The notes under the pieces are model-generated. The model saw only the letters and a program-made list of their open reading frames with translations, was not told the origin of the DNA and made no database searches. A stretch of 64,000 bases of DNA from a virus. The stretch is from the UHGV virus genome UHGV-1351333; one strand, 5' to 3'. Positions 53,060 to 62,484 of this stretch are shown here, piece after piece (position 1 is the stretch's first letter; each line of letters opens with the position of its first letter). Position numbers and translations under genes: made by a program.

Positions 53060-54139
53060 ATGAAATTTTACGCGAAAGTTCCTAAGAATGCTCACCATAT
53101 TTCTTATGCCCCGTCCGATTCGGACGAATACCAGGAATATCTTGAACGCGGATTTGTTTTTGACAAGCTTCCGTCTTACCGTCCAAAGCGCATAACGCTT
53201 TTTCAGGCGTTGTCTTCCGTGGCGGGGCTTAAAGCGTCCTGGAATCCCTGCTATATTTCTCCGGTAGTGCATAACAATGTCGCCTACGCCACAAACGGTC
53301 GCATTCTGGTCTGGATAGACTTGTCTCTGGTGGATGAGTCGCAGAAGTTAAGCGAAGGCATACATTTTAATCCGGATTTGTGGCCGGGAAACCTGGATAA
53401 AACGGAAAATGTGGAAGCGTCAATTTGTTCCCTGGCGGAATCCTCCTGGGAAGGGCTTAATTTTTTACGGCAGGAAAAATCCGGGGACGCTGATTACGTT
53501 ACACGGCGCTTTAATCCTAAACACATGCCAGTGCTGAAAAAGGCCGCGCAAAGCTTTTACTGCATAAAGTCCGACCTTAAAGGCGGGGTTTGGGCGTCAG
53601 TCAATATCCCGGTATGCCCGACAGTCCATATCGCAGGCGCATCCCTGTACACGCTGATGGACGTTTTTTACTCTCTGATGCCGGGAAAACAGCTTCCCGG
53701 CGTTACCGCTCATTTGCGCGTCCCCGAAACGTCCGGATGCAAGAACAACGTTTATTTGTCTGTGGACGGATTTGAGTTTAACCGCCTTGGCGCCCTCATT
53801 ATGGGCACTGACCATGTTCCGGGAATGCTGACCTATTTATGGACTGACCCGGATGCCGATTCCGGGGATGAAGAATTGCCCAGGTTGACCACCAACGGAG
53901 GTTTGAAAGCCGGGGAGCTGGATTGGGGCGAAGCGCGTCTGGTTCCCGCCCAGGATTCAACAGACCCTGCCCTGGTTATTTCCGTTCCGGGACAGAGAAT
54001 AGGCCATTGCGTCCAGTCGAAAGACGTTAACGGGTGTCCGGTGATGCACTTTTACTGCGACGAGTACACTATGCGGCGCTTTTATCGTCAGTTGGCGGAT
54101 TATTTTGCCATGCGGGACGCGGAGAAAGATAAAGCGTAA
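53060..54139 (+). CDS. Hypothetical protein
   Basis: 359 aa. Preceded by palindrome 53004-53020. Followed by a strong terminator. Confidence 0.5.
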   Translation: MKFYAKVPKNAHHISYAPSDSDEYQEYLERGFVFDKLPSYRPKRITLFQALSSVAGLKASWNPCYISPVVHNNVAYATNGRILVWIDLSLVDESQKLSEGIHFNPDLWPGNLDKTENVEASICSLAESSWEGLNFLRQEKSGDADYVTRRFNPKHMPVLKKAAQSFYCIKSDLKGGVWASVNIPVCPTVHIAGASLYTLMDVFYSLMPGKQLPGVTAHLRVPETSGCKNNVYLSVDGFEFNRLGALIMGTDHVPGMLTYLWTDPDADSGDEELPRLTTNGGLKAGELDWGEARLVPAQDSTDPALVISVPGQRIGHCVQSKDVNGCPVMHFYCDEYTMRRFYRQLADYFAMRDAEKDKA

Positions 54140-54162
54140 GCCGAAAGCAAAAACGTAAGCAA

Positions 54163-54208
54163 AACCCCGGAAGTGGCTTCCCTCTCTTCCGGGGTTTTAT
54201 CTTTTTTC
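54163..54208 (+). terminator. Intrinsic terminator
   Basis: AACCCCGGAA...TTCCGGGGTT followed by TTATCTTTTTTC, after the 53060-54139 gene. Confidence 0.75.
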
Positions 54209-54218
54209 ATCCTTTCAA

Positions 54219-54354
54219 TTTGCAATCATTGCAAATTTTTTTCTCAAAAAAGTTCTTTTTTCTCTTGCAATTTATAAAAAACAATGCTAAATTACATTCA
54301 TCAAAGGGAGGAAAGCTCCTGAGAGAAAAAAAACAAAAAACCTGAAACAAGACA
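54219..54354 (+). promoter_or_regulatory. Conserved promoter-leader element (full copy)
   Basis: Nearly identical to the 46782 and 47946 copies. ATG at 54355. Confidence 0.7.
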
Positions 54355-54747
54355 ATGGCTAAATACGAAATCAATTATACTTGCGGGCATACTTCCACGG
54401 TCCAGCTTTTCGGAAAATGCAGTGAACGTGAACGCAAAATCGAATGGATGGAACGTCAGGAATGCCCCGAATGCCGTCGTAAGCGTGAAGCGGAAGAAGC
54501 CGTGAAAGTTACGGAAGGCCTGGAACTTCCCGAACTGGAAGGAAGCGAAAAACAAGTTGCCTGGGCTAATTGCATCCGAGCCAGGTTTGCCGAGGAAATC
54601 AGCTCGAATGAAAAATACCAGAACGGCAACCCCATGAAAGTTTTGAAGTCTGTTACTTCCGCAAAAACGTTCATCGACAACAGGGATTCAACGCTCTATG
54701 GGTTTTTGACGGACATTCTGCGCCAGAACCCCGCTCTGATGAACTGA
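54355..54747 (+). CDS. Hypothetical zinc-ribbon protein
   Basis: CGH...C...ECPECRRK gives two CxxC-like pairs. Downstream of a full promoter-leader element. Confidence 0.45.
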   Translation: MAKYEINYTCGHTSTVQLFGKCSERERKIEWMERQECPECRRKREAEEAVKVTEGLELPELEGSEKQVAWANCIRARFAEEISSNEKYQNGNPMKVLKSVTSAKTFIDNRDSTLYGFLTDILRQNPALMN

Positions 54748-54806
54748 TTTAACGCAACCAGAAAGCAAACAGATACGAAAAAAACAAAAAACCGAGATAA
54801 GCCGAC

Positions 54807-55310
54807 ATGAAGAAAGAAGATTGCAAAGTAGGAACCCTTGTGAGAGCCCGTAATGGCAGCAGCGTTGGAAAAATTGTTGAAGTTAATGACGAAACGAGCA
54901 CCTTGTCGGTTGCCGTTGTGCCGCTTGACAGGCATGACAGTGCGATATGGTATGAACCTGGACAGCTGACCTGCCTTGGAGACTTGCCGACGCGCACATT
55001 CTGCGTAGGCGACAAGGTGCGCTATGTGCCGCGGGGCCGGAGCAAATACCTTTATGCGCCGAAGAAAGATAAAATATACGATGTTGTGACCAGAGAATCC
55101 GAATCCGGCCAGGTCGGGATTTCAGGGCATGGGTTTAACGATGATATTAACTGGTATGACCTGGAACTTGTCGAACCCGTCGCCAAGCCTCCCTACTATG
55201 CGGAAACCGGCCTTGTCCGCAGAAGAAAAGATGGGAAATGCGTGGTTACTTTTCTTTATAGTAGGTTGAGCAAAGAGACGGCAGATCGGTTGGCGCAGGG
55301 TGTGCGATAA
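54807..55310 (+). CDS. Hypothetical protein
   Basis: 167-aa ORF. Confidence 0.45.
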   Translation: MKKEDCKVGTLVRARNGSSVGKIVEVNDETSTLSVAVVPLDRHDSAIWYEPGQLTCLGDLPTRTFCVGDKVRYVPRGRSKYLYAPKKDKIYDVVTRESESGQVGISGHGFNDDINWYDLELVEPVAKPPYYAETGLVRRRKDGKCVVTFLYSRLSKETADRLAQGVR

Positions 55311-55511
55311 ATTAAATGAACTGGAAGGAGAAAAAGCATGAGCAGGGAGAATGAAGAAATCAGGAATACGCAGGAAAAATGCACCAGCTGCTACTATTGG
55401 GACTAGGAAGACCATTGCTGCTGGAATCTGTGGAGTCTCAAGTACCGTACCGAAGTAGGCAAAGATGATGCCTGCGAGGAATACGAGCCGGATTGAAAAC
55501 CAAAAAGCATA

Positions 55512-55742
55512 ATGACAATGAAAGCTTATAAATGTCCGCTGTGCGGAAATGAGCTGGTAATAAAATACACCCCATCCCAAAGATACCGGGCCGGGTGCTA
55601 CCATTGCGGCTGGGAAACCTATAAATCCGCGCATTCCAGGGAGGGTGCGTTGGAAACGGCGGAAAAGTTCATGGCAAAGATTCCTTCCTCCCTGAGGGTG
55701 CGGGAAGGAGAACAGAAAGGAGAAACCGATAATGATGTATGA
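55512..55742 (+). CDS. Small zinc-ribbon protein
   Basis: CPLCGNEL...CYHCGW gives two CxxC pairs. Confidence 0.4.
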   Translation: MTMKAYKCPLCGNELVIKYTPSQRYRAGCYHCGWETYKSAHSREGALETAEKFMAKIPSSLRVREGEQKGETDNDV

Positions 55743-55932
55743 TATTTTTCAACTTGTAGTTCTTTTGGCTAACGTTGCCGCAATGGGCTATTACTGTTAT
55801 CTGTCGGGCAAGGCTAAAGGTGTTCTTAAAGCGATTGAAATCGTCTTGGCCCAGAGGGAAGAAGAGGAAAAAATAAAACCGGCTCTGAACAACGCCCCGA
55901 AAAACCATTATGAGCGAACAAGCATTGTTTAG
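55732..55932 (+). CDS. Small membrane protein
   Basis: 66 aa with one hydrophobic helix. Overlaps the upstream stop. Confidence 0.3.
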   Translation: MMYDIFQLVVLLANVAAMGYYCYLSGKAKGVLKAIEIVLAQREEEEKIKPALNNAPKNHYERTSIV

Positions 55933-56263
55933 CGGTATCGCAGCCGGAACAGTCGTCCGTTTATTCCTGTTTGACGGACTATCCACTTTTGGTGTTGTGC
56001 ATCGGCGCCATCCGCATCACTTTGTGGTCCGCCCTGTAGGTTTTCCGTATGTCGCCGAAGAAAGATTCCGCTATGACGGCCTTATGGACGGAGGCAAGGA
56101 CGCCCCTCAAATCGTGTTCTTTCTTACCCCGGAAGAAGAGCAAAGCCCTTTGATTCAGGAGTACAAAAATATCCTCAAGGACCAATACGAGGTGAACCAA
56201 AAGCAATGGAGCCTCTGGACGAACATCAGGGACGCGCAGCTGACGGAAAAAGAAGAGAATTAA
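55910..56263 (+). CDS. Hypothetical protein
   Basis: 117-aa ORF. Confidence 0.4.
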   Translation: MSEQALFSGIAAGTVVRLFLFDGLSTFGVVHRRHPHHFVVRPVGFPYVAEERFRYDGLMDGGKDAPQIVFFLTPEEEQSPLIQEYKNILKDQYEVNQKQWSLWTNIRDAQLTEKEEN

Positions 56264-56267
56264 AAAA

Positions 56268-56606
56268 ATGAAACTGACGCCTGAACAAAAAGCCTTTTTG
56301 GAGTACGGGAAAGCTATTGCGACCCTTGAATACAGGATTGAGCGCATCCGTTTTACCGCCCGAATGTTGTTCAAGAAGGAATACCGGGAACTTTCGCTCC
56401 GGTTCCGCGGAGGCCTGAGGGACGACTTTCAACTGTACTACGCTATCGGCGATGTTCGCCGGAAACGGGCCGGGTGCAAAAGGTGGAATCCTCCCGGAGG
56501 AAAAGCGTGCGAGAACTGCAAGCACACCGGAACGGTCGTAGGAGACCCTTGTTTTTCCTGCTGTTTCCCGTACCAAGGGAACCCTGATTACTGGGAGCCG
56601 AGATAA
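56268..56606 (+). CDS. Hypothetical Cys-rich protein
   Basis: C-terminal CKRW...CENCKHTG...CFSCCF cluster. Confidence 0.4.
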   Translation: MKLTPEQKAFLEYGKAIATLEYRIERIRFTARMLFKKEYRELSLRFRGGLRDDFQLYYAIGDVRRKRAGCKRWNPPGGKACENCKHTGTVVGDPCFSCCFPYQGNPDYWEPR

Positions 56607-56757
56607 AAAAGAACCGGGAGAGAAAAATGAAGGGACTCCGGCTTCCCGCGGCCGAACGGTCGGATGCCTGCCCCCGGAACATGAAACCGGAATGAGAGGA
56701 TTTTACAGGCAGACGTTTGTTGCCGCTCAAGCCATGCGCATGCGCGTAAACGTGAAC

Positions 56758-56787
56758 AAAAAAAGCGGGCTTGCTTTTTCAGCCCGT
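56758..56787 (-). terminator. Minus-strand intrinsic terminator
   Basis: On the minus strand ACGGGCT-GAAAAAGCA-AGCCCGC followed by TTTTTTT. No T tract for the plus strand. Confidence 0.45.
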
Positions 56788-56925
56788 AAAATATAGGCTG
56801 GGGCCGTTTCCCCGGCAGGAAAAAAGGGAAGGGGAACAGGCGTTCTTTCTTTCCTTTTTTTTCGGGCCTGAAATCTGCGTCACCACTACCACAGGCCGGG
56901 CGGGGACGGAAAGACAAATATCGCC

Positions 56926-57624
56926 ATGCAGGAAAAAAATCCTAATACATCCGTCGGTCCAGTCCCGCACCGGGGCCGGAAAAAGCGCAGAAACCTTCCT
57001 TCCCCGGCTGATTTGCCCGCCCCTCCGTCCAACAGGATTATAGGCCGCGTTATTTCTGACGACAGCATCCGACAGAAGGCTTTGGAGATTCAACGGGCCG
57101 CTCAGGAGCAGAAAAAGAAGGAAGAGCAGGAAGCGTTCTTGAACGCCTATAAGGAGTCGTTCGCGCTGCCGCATATTGCCGCGAAAAAGTGCCGCGTTTC
57201 CATCAGCAAGCACAATTACTGGTTTAATTCGGATTCGGACTACCGCCGCCGCGCGCAGGAAATCCGCGAGTTCTGCGCCGAGCATTTGCAGGCTAAAATG
57301 TACAAGAGCGCCCTTGCCGGAGACGGCCAGATGCTCCGGTATCTGGACCAGCGGCGCATTGCCGCCGAGCAGAATAACGCGTTGAAGATTGCCGTCGAGC
57401 ATTCCGGAACGGTCGGATGCTCGTTTACGTCGGAAGAAGAACTGAAGGAGAAAACGGGCTTTACCGTGAGCCGCATGGAACACACTCTGAAAATGCTCGC
57501 TGACTACGCCCCGGAAGCGTTGCGTCAGATTCTCGTCGCGCCGGAAGAAATACCGGACACGGCCCCGGCCCTCCGGAGGAAGGGAAGGCCGTCGTCAGAG
57601 GGGCGCCGCAACAACACTCTATAA
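56926..57624 (+). CDS. Terminase small subunit candidate
   Basis: Directly upstream of the large terminase. Basic N-terminus. HTH-like AFLNAYKESFALPHIAAKKCRVSISKHNYW. Confidence 0.4.
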   Translation: MQEKNPNTSVGPVPHRGRKKRRNLPSPADLPAPPSNRIIGRVISDDSIRQKALEIQRAAQEQKKKEEQEAFLNAYKESFALPHIAAKKCRVSISKHNYWFNSDSDYRRRAQEIREFCAEHLQAKMYKSALAGDGQMLRYLDQRRIAAEQNNALKIAVEHSGTVGCSFTSEEELKEKTGFTVSRMEHTLKMLADYAPEALRQILVAPEEIPDTAPALRRKGRPSSEGRRNNTL

Positions 57625-57628
57625 TAAT

Positions 57629-57651
57629 AGCGCGTGCGCGTACGCGCGTAC
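57629..57651. repeat. GCGCGT(AC) tandem/palindromic repeat between small and large terminase genes
   Basis: AGCGCGTGCGCGTACGCGCGTAC contains the CGCGTACGCG palindrome. Followed at 57687-57705 by a C11T8 tract ending 1 nt before the TerL ATG. Confidence 0.6.
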
Positions 57652-57706
57652 AAAGAGCGTTCCTTTTCCCGGTTTTCATCTTTTCTCCCCCCCCCCCTTT
57701 TTTTTC

Positions 57707-59206
57707 ATGCACGATACCACCATCACCGCAGAAGACGGCGCGCCCGGCTGCCGGAGCCGCCTGGAAGAAACCGCCATGCTGGTCCCCCGGCTGCTGTTAA
57801 AAGCCCGTACCGATTTTACCGCGTTCCTGCTCGCCATTTCCGACGAGGAATCCGGTTACATCCTGTCCCGAATGCACCTGTTCATCGCGGGCAAGCTCAA
57901 TGATACTGTCACCCGGCGGGACGCGCCGAGGAATTACACCATTTCCGTGCCGCCCCAGCATGGGAAATCTTCCTTGATTGTGCGGTATGTCGCGTGGCTG
58001 GTAGGGGCTTATCCGAGATTGTGCGTCGCCCTGACCGGCTTTTCCGCCGAACTGATGGGCCAGATGCTCCGGCAAGTCACGTCCATTATGGATTTGCCCG
58101 TGTATCAGGTGATTTTTCCGGGGGTGAAAGTAAAGCCGAAGGATGACCGCTGGGATTACAAGCGTTTTACCAACGACGCTATCATTTACGCCAAACCGGC
58201 AGGTTCCAAGCTGACCGGGAGGCGGGTGGACATCCTCATCATCGACGACCCCCATGCCGGACGCGCCGAAGCGGAATCCCCCACTATCCGCAACCGCGTC
58301 GTGCAGTGGGCCGTTGCAGACTGCTTTTCCCGCCTTTCGCCCCATTGGCGGGTGTTCGTCATCGGCACCCGGTGGCATCCGGAAGACCTCATCGGACACC
58401 TTACCGGGAGAGAGTACAACAAACGCCTTGAAATGCTGGGCAACACCGCCATGAAATTTGAGGTCATCAAAATTCCGGCCATTTGCGAAGACCCGGCTAC
58501 CGACCCGCTGGGGCGGGAGGCCGGAGAAGTGGCGTTTCCGGAAGAACGCGACCTGGAGTTTCTAACTTCCATCCGGGGGGCCATGACCACGACGGAGTGG
58601 AAATCGCAATACCAGCAGGAGCCGGTCACGTCCAAGGGCGGGCAGGTCAACGCGGATGACTTTAACATTATTTCCCCGGACGAAGTGCCGTGGGGCGAGC
58701 TGACGGCCATCGGCTCCGGCTGGGATTTGGCCGCAACCGACAAAACGGCTTCCGACTGGACCGTAGGCACGTGCGGGGCGAGAACGAGGGATGGCCGTTT
58801 GTACATCTTCGACCAGTTCCGCAGGCAGATGCAGATTCCGAAACTGCTTCCGGCCATCGAAGCCCGCGCCCTGGCGTGGAAAGACGCGCATGGGGCCAAC
58901 CAACTGGGCGTGGAAGGCGTCGGGGGCATGGTCGGATATTATCAGCAGCTTCGCCAAATGCTTCTGGGGAAAATCAGCGTGCGGCTCAAAAATCCCCCGG
59001 TCAAAGGAGGAGGAAAGCTGGTGCGGGCGCAGAACTGGCTGGCCCTGGTCGAGGCGAAAAAAGTGTATCTGGTGCAAGCCCCGTGGGTGCGGGCGTTTCT
59101 GGAAGAAGTAGAAGTGTTCCCTGACGGTGACCATGACGACCAGGTGGACAGCGTTTCCATCCTTTATGAGCTTCTGTTCCTGTCTACCCGTATTCTGGTT
59201 GGATAG
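57707..59206 (+). CDS. Terminase large subunit
   Basis: Walker A VPPQHGKSS, Walker B ILIIDDPHAG. C-terminal nuclease-domain acidic residues (GSGWDLAATDK... FPDGDHDDQVDSVS). Confidence 0.85.
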   Translation: MHDTTITAEDGAPGCRSRLEETAMLVPRLLLKARTDFTAFLLAISDEESGYILSRMHLFIAGKLNDTVTRRDAPRNYTISVPPQHGKSSLIVRYVAWLVGAYPRLCVALTGFSAELMGQMLRQVTSIMDLPVYQVIFPGVKVKPKDDRWDYKRFTNDAIIYAKPAGSKLTGRRVDILIIDDPHAGRAEAESPTIRNRVVQWAVADCFSRLSPHWRVFVIGTRWHPEDLIGHLTGREYNKRLEMLGNTAMKFEVIKIPAICEDPATDPLGREAGEVAFPEERDLEFLTSIRGAMTTTEWKSQYQQEPVTSKGGQVNADDFNIISPDEVPWGELTAIGSGWDLAATDKTASDWTVGTCGARTRDGRLYIFDQFRRQMQIPKLLPAIEARALAWKDAHGANQLGVEGVGGMVGYYQQLRQMLLGKISVRLKNPPVKGGGKLVRAQNWLALVEAKKVYLVQAPWVRAFLEEVEVFPDGDHDDQVDSVSILYELLFLSTRILVG

Positions 59207-59219
59207 CCGGGAAATAAAA

Positions 59220-59316
59220 TTTGCAATCATTGCAAATTTGCAAGCCATGGCTAAATAGTTTCTTTTTTTTCTTGCAAAATGTTATATATGCGTTTCTTTG
59301 TATAGATTAAACAGCC
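59220..59316 (+). promoter_or_regulatory. Palindrome plus adjacent third TTTGCAA half-site and promoter-like boxes
   Basis: TTTGCAATCATTGCAAA followed directly by TTTGCAAGCC, then ...TTCTTGCAAAATGTTATATATG. At the left border of the AT-rich island, upstream of the ParB-like gene. Confidence 0.6.
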
Positions 59317-59856
59317 ATGGAAAATAATAAAATTATTTATTTATCGCCTGATAAACTTATTGAGTATGATAATAATACCCGTCTTCATGATGAGGAGCAG
59401 ATTAACCAAATTTGTAGGTCTATTCGTGAATTTGGATTTACAAATCCTATTCTTATCGATGAAAACAATATTATTATTGCTGGACACGGACGTAAAGCCG
59501 CCGCAATTAGGCTTGGGCTAAAAACAATCCCCGCTATCCGATTATCTGGATTAACGGATAAGCAAATAAAGGCACTGCGTATTGCCGATAATAAGCTTGC
59601 ACTTAATGCGGGCTGGGATGATGAGCTATTAAAGTTTGAGATTTTAAGTCTGCAAGAGAGCGATTTTGACTTAGAGTTATTAGGCTTCTCCGTGGATGAA
59701 ATTGACAGCTTTCTTGTCGCAGAGGAAGAAATAAAAGAGGAAGGAGAATTAAAATGCGAAGAAGCTAAAGAAAAAATACCAAATGATTTTAAAACTGTAG
59801 AAGAAACAAAACTAGTTCATAGATGCCCGCGATGCAATTATGAATTTAATGACTAA
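59317..59856 (+). CDS. ParB-like nuclease domain protein
   Basis: IEYDNNTRLHDEEQINQICRSIREFGFTNPILIDENNIIIAGHGRKAAAIRLGLKTIP matches the ParB N-terminal (ParBc) domain. Lies in an island of about 30% GC. Confidence 0.6.
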   Translation: MENNKIIYLSPDKLIEYDNNTRLHDEEQINQICRSIREFGFTNPILIDENNIIIAGHGRKAAAIRLGLKTIPAIRLSGLTDKQIKALRIADNKLALNAGWDDELLKFEILSLQESDFDLELLGFSVDEIDSFLVAEEEIKEEGELKCEEAKEKIPNDFKTVEETKLVHRCPRCNYEFND

Positions 59857-59876
59857 CAATGAACGGATAGCTATTT

Positions 59877-60941
59877 ATGGAGTATAAGATTCCGACAGTT
59901 TTAGAAATCAAAGAGCGTCTTGCCAAGGAGGGGCCATTATTTAATGTTGTTTCATTGTTTGCCGGTGGCGGAGGAAGTTCATGCGGCTATAGAATGGCCG
60001 GAGCCAAGGTACTCGCAATAAATGAATTTATACCTGAAGCAAGAAATACTTATCATGCTAATTGGCCAGATACTACAATCTTTCCTTGCGACGTGCGAGA
60101 CTTAGACGCAAATGATATTTTAAGAGCTATTAATATGGCGCCGGGTGAACTTGATGTACTTGACGGGTCTCCACCCTGTTGCGGGTTTTCTTCTTCCGGA
60201 AAAAGAAGTAAAGGATGGGGGCAAAATAGGAGATATTCTGACTCAGCCCAGGTAGGAGTTGAAACTCTTTTTTTTGAGTACATCCGAATTTTGCGAGAAT
60301 TAAAGCCTAAATGTTTTATCGCTGAAAATGTTGCTGGATTAGCACAAGGCGTATCACGCGGTTATCTTAATGAATTTCTAAGAGCATTCTCCGCATCTGA
60401 TTATATATGTAAAGCAAAAATCCTTAATGCACAGTATCTTGGTGTACCACAGTGCCGACATAGACTTATTTTTGTCGGTGTTAGAAAAGACTTATGGCGT
60501 TCAGAGTTTGAAAATAAAACGCATCCGAAACCGTTTAGCTATTTAATACCGCTCAAAGATGCTTTTCGCGGTATTATAAATACGTCAGAAGAGCTTGCGC
60601 AGGTTGATATATCAAAATACGTGATTTATCAACGTCTTATAAAGTTGAAAAAGGGGAAATCTGACTCTGAAAGGTTTAATCTGGTAAAAGCTGATGATAA
60701 TAGGCCGTCTCCGTGCATAACGGCGTCCACTGGACGTTTAGGGTGCGCTTGTGCCTGTCATTGGGACAATAGAGCTTTTACACTTAAAGAGCTTAAAAGA
60801 ATAACAAGCGTACCAGACGATTATATATTAACAGGAACATATAGCCAGCAGGTTGAACGGCTCGGACGTATGGTCCCACCCTTGATGATGAAAGCAGTCG
60901 CAGCAAATCTTTATACTAATATTTTAAAGGAGTTAAAATGA
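59877..60941 (+). CDS. DNA cytosine-5 methyltransferase
   Basis: Motif I FAGGGGSSCGY, motif IV GSPPCCGFSSSG (PC catalytic dipeptide), motif VI IAENVAGL. Lies in the AT-rich island. Confidence 0.8.
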   Translation: MEYKIPTVLEIKERLAKEGPLFNVVSLFAGGGGSSCGYRMAGAKVLAINEFIPEARNTYHANWPDTTIFPCDVRDLDANDILRAINMAPGELDVLDGSPPCCGFSSSGKRSKGWGQNRRYSDSAQVGVETLFFEYIRILRELKPKCFIAENVAGLAQGVSRGYLNEFLRAFSASDYICKAKILNAQYLGVPQCRHRLIFVGVRKDLWRSEFENKTHPKPFSYLIPLKDAFRGIINTSEELAQVDISKYVIYQRLIKLKKGKSDSERFNLVKADDNRPSPCITASTGRLGCACACHWDNRAFTLKELKRITSVPDDYILTGTYSQQVERLGRMVPPLMMKAVAANLYTNILKELK

Positions 60942-61594
60942 AAATTCCAAAGAGCTGGACATTTAAAGATAACCAAGTCGCAAAGAAATTTGACTCTCAT
61001 GTACGAGAGCAGTTGCCGTGGTATAACATTCTTACAAATCTTGTGGCTATTGTAGCTAAACATTACATGCCGGAGAATGGCATTGGATATGATATTGGCG
61101 CAAGTACAGGCAACCTCGGCAATGTACTTAAAGATATTATAAAATCCAGAAGATTTAACTGGATAGGAATCGATAATTCTGAGCAAATGAAAGCGTATTA
61201 TCGTGCTCCCGGAAAGCTTGAAATTTGTGATGCTATAGATTACGATTTTCAATCTTTCGATATTGCAGTCTGTTTTTTAGTCCTTATGTTCTTTCCTAAA
61301 GATAAGCGAGAACTCTGGTTAAAAAATCTTATTGAAAAAGCAAAGTTTGGAGCTGCGATAATTATCGTAGATAAAGAAGAATTAAAGGGTGGAATTTTAT
61401 CGACAGCTTTATACCGAGCAACAGTTTTAAGTAAGTTAGAATATACGACTGCTGAGAAAATTCTTGAAAAAGAATCATCTCTTTGCGGTATTCAAAACCC
61501 ATTGCCTCGTGATTTTATGCTGCAATTTGGCGCAACAGAGATTTTCAGGTTTGGTGATTTTGCCGCATGGGTTATCGAGAAAAAATGGCATTAG
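60938..61594 (+). CDS. Class I SAM-dependent methyltransferase, CmoA-like layout
   Basis: WTFKDNQVAKKFDSHV...LPWY..., YDIGASTGNLG (motif I), WIGIDNSEQM, VCFLVLMFFP...AAIIIVDK parallel CmoA blocks (WTFDERVAEVFPDM, YDLGCSLG, IAIDNSPAM, LNFTLQFL...LVLSEK). SD-like AAAGGAG upstream. Confidence 0.5.
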   Translation: MKIPKSWTFKDNQVAKKFDSHVREQLPWYNILTNLVAIVAKHYMPENGIGYDIGASTGNLGNVLKDIIKSRRFNWIGIDNSEQMKAYYRAPGKLEICDAIDYDFQSFDIAVCFLVLMFFPKDKRELWLKNLIEKAKFGAAIIIVDKEELKGGILSTALYRATVLSKLEYTTAEKILEKESSLCGIQNPLPRDFMLQFGATEIFRFGDFAAWVIEKKWH

Positions 61595-61861
61595 TCTATT
61601 TAACATTTACATTCATAATAATAAAATTATTCGTCCGAAGTATCGGAAGCCGAAAAAAACAGCTTGCAATTTCAGCCCCTTGATGCGATATTGCCAGTGT
61701 TGCCCGCGTTGACGGGAACCTGATTCATGCCTTGAAAATTTAAAGTAAAGGCGCAACAACCGATAAATAGCTGCTATCAAGAAAGACAAGCCCCCGGCCT
61801 TCTCCTGCATCCCATCGCGCATATCAAAAGCCTGTCATGCGTTCCGCAGGAAACCGGGGGC

Positions 61862-62218
61862 TTGTTTTATGCCGCCCCTCCGGATATAACGGACGGCGTC
61901 ATGATTGTCTTAAATACTCCCATTGCTACCATACCGGGACGCCGGTACTGCATTACCACCGTATCATCCGTTCAGGTGATAGCTGCCATTGACGGGGAAG
62001 AATTCGACCTGCTGGGGGGCCTTCCCGTTTCCGGCCAGGCGCAGTTCGTCGCTCCGACGGACCACATTGAAGTGCGGGACGCATCAACCCCGGAAGAAGA
62101 AACGGCCAGCGCGGCTGAACCGTCCGCGGAACCGTCAAGCGCCATGTTCGGCACAGTGTCCCTTGCCGGGGATGCGGCTTCCGTAGCCGGGAACATTGTC
62201 GAGATTGTGCGCAGTTGA
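61862..62218 (+). CDS. Hypothetical protein
   Basis: ORF-table coordinates; alternative start codon. Ala/Ser/Glu-rich C-terminus. Confidence 0.3.
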   Translation: MFYAAPPDITDGVMIVLNTPIATIPGRRYCITTVSSVQVIAAIDGEEFDLLGGLPVSGQAQFVAPTDHIEVRDASTPEEETASAAEPSAEPSSAMFGTVSLAGDAASVAGNIVEIVRS

Positions 62219-62484
62219 CAAGCTATCCCGGATTTGGCAGGATGCTCCCCGCATGCACGATTCGCTTCAAAGGCGTGGATTGAAACGATAAGGGCATGCG
62301 CTCTAGGTGTGTGCCTATTCCCGCCCTGTTCTGCGGACGGGAACAACAAGGGGTGCCCTTCCTTTTTTTCCAGGATGGCTGCGGCTGAAAAACCGCGGGG
62401 GAAGAAGGAAGGGCATTTTGCCGTGTTCATTCTTTTTTGTTTCTCGATTTTTTTATGTCTGAATCTGCTGCCCCCCCCTGCCGG

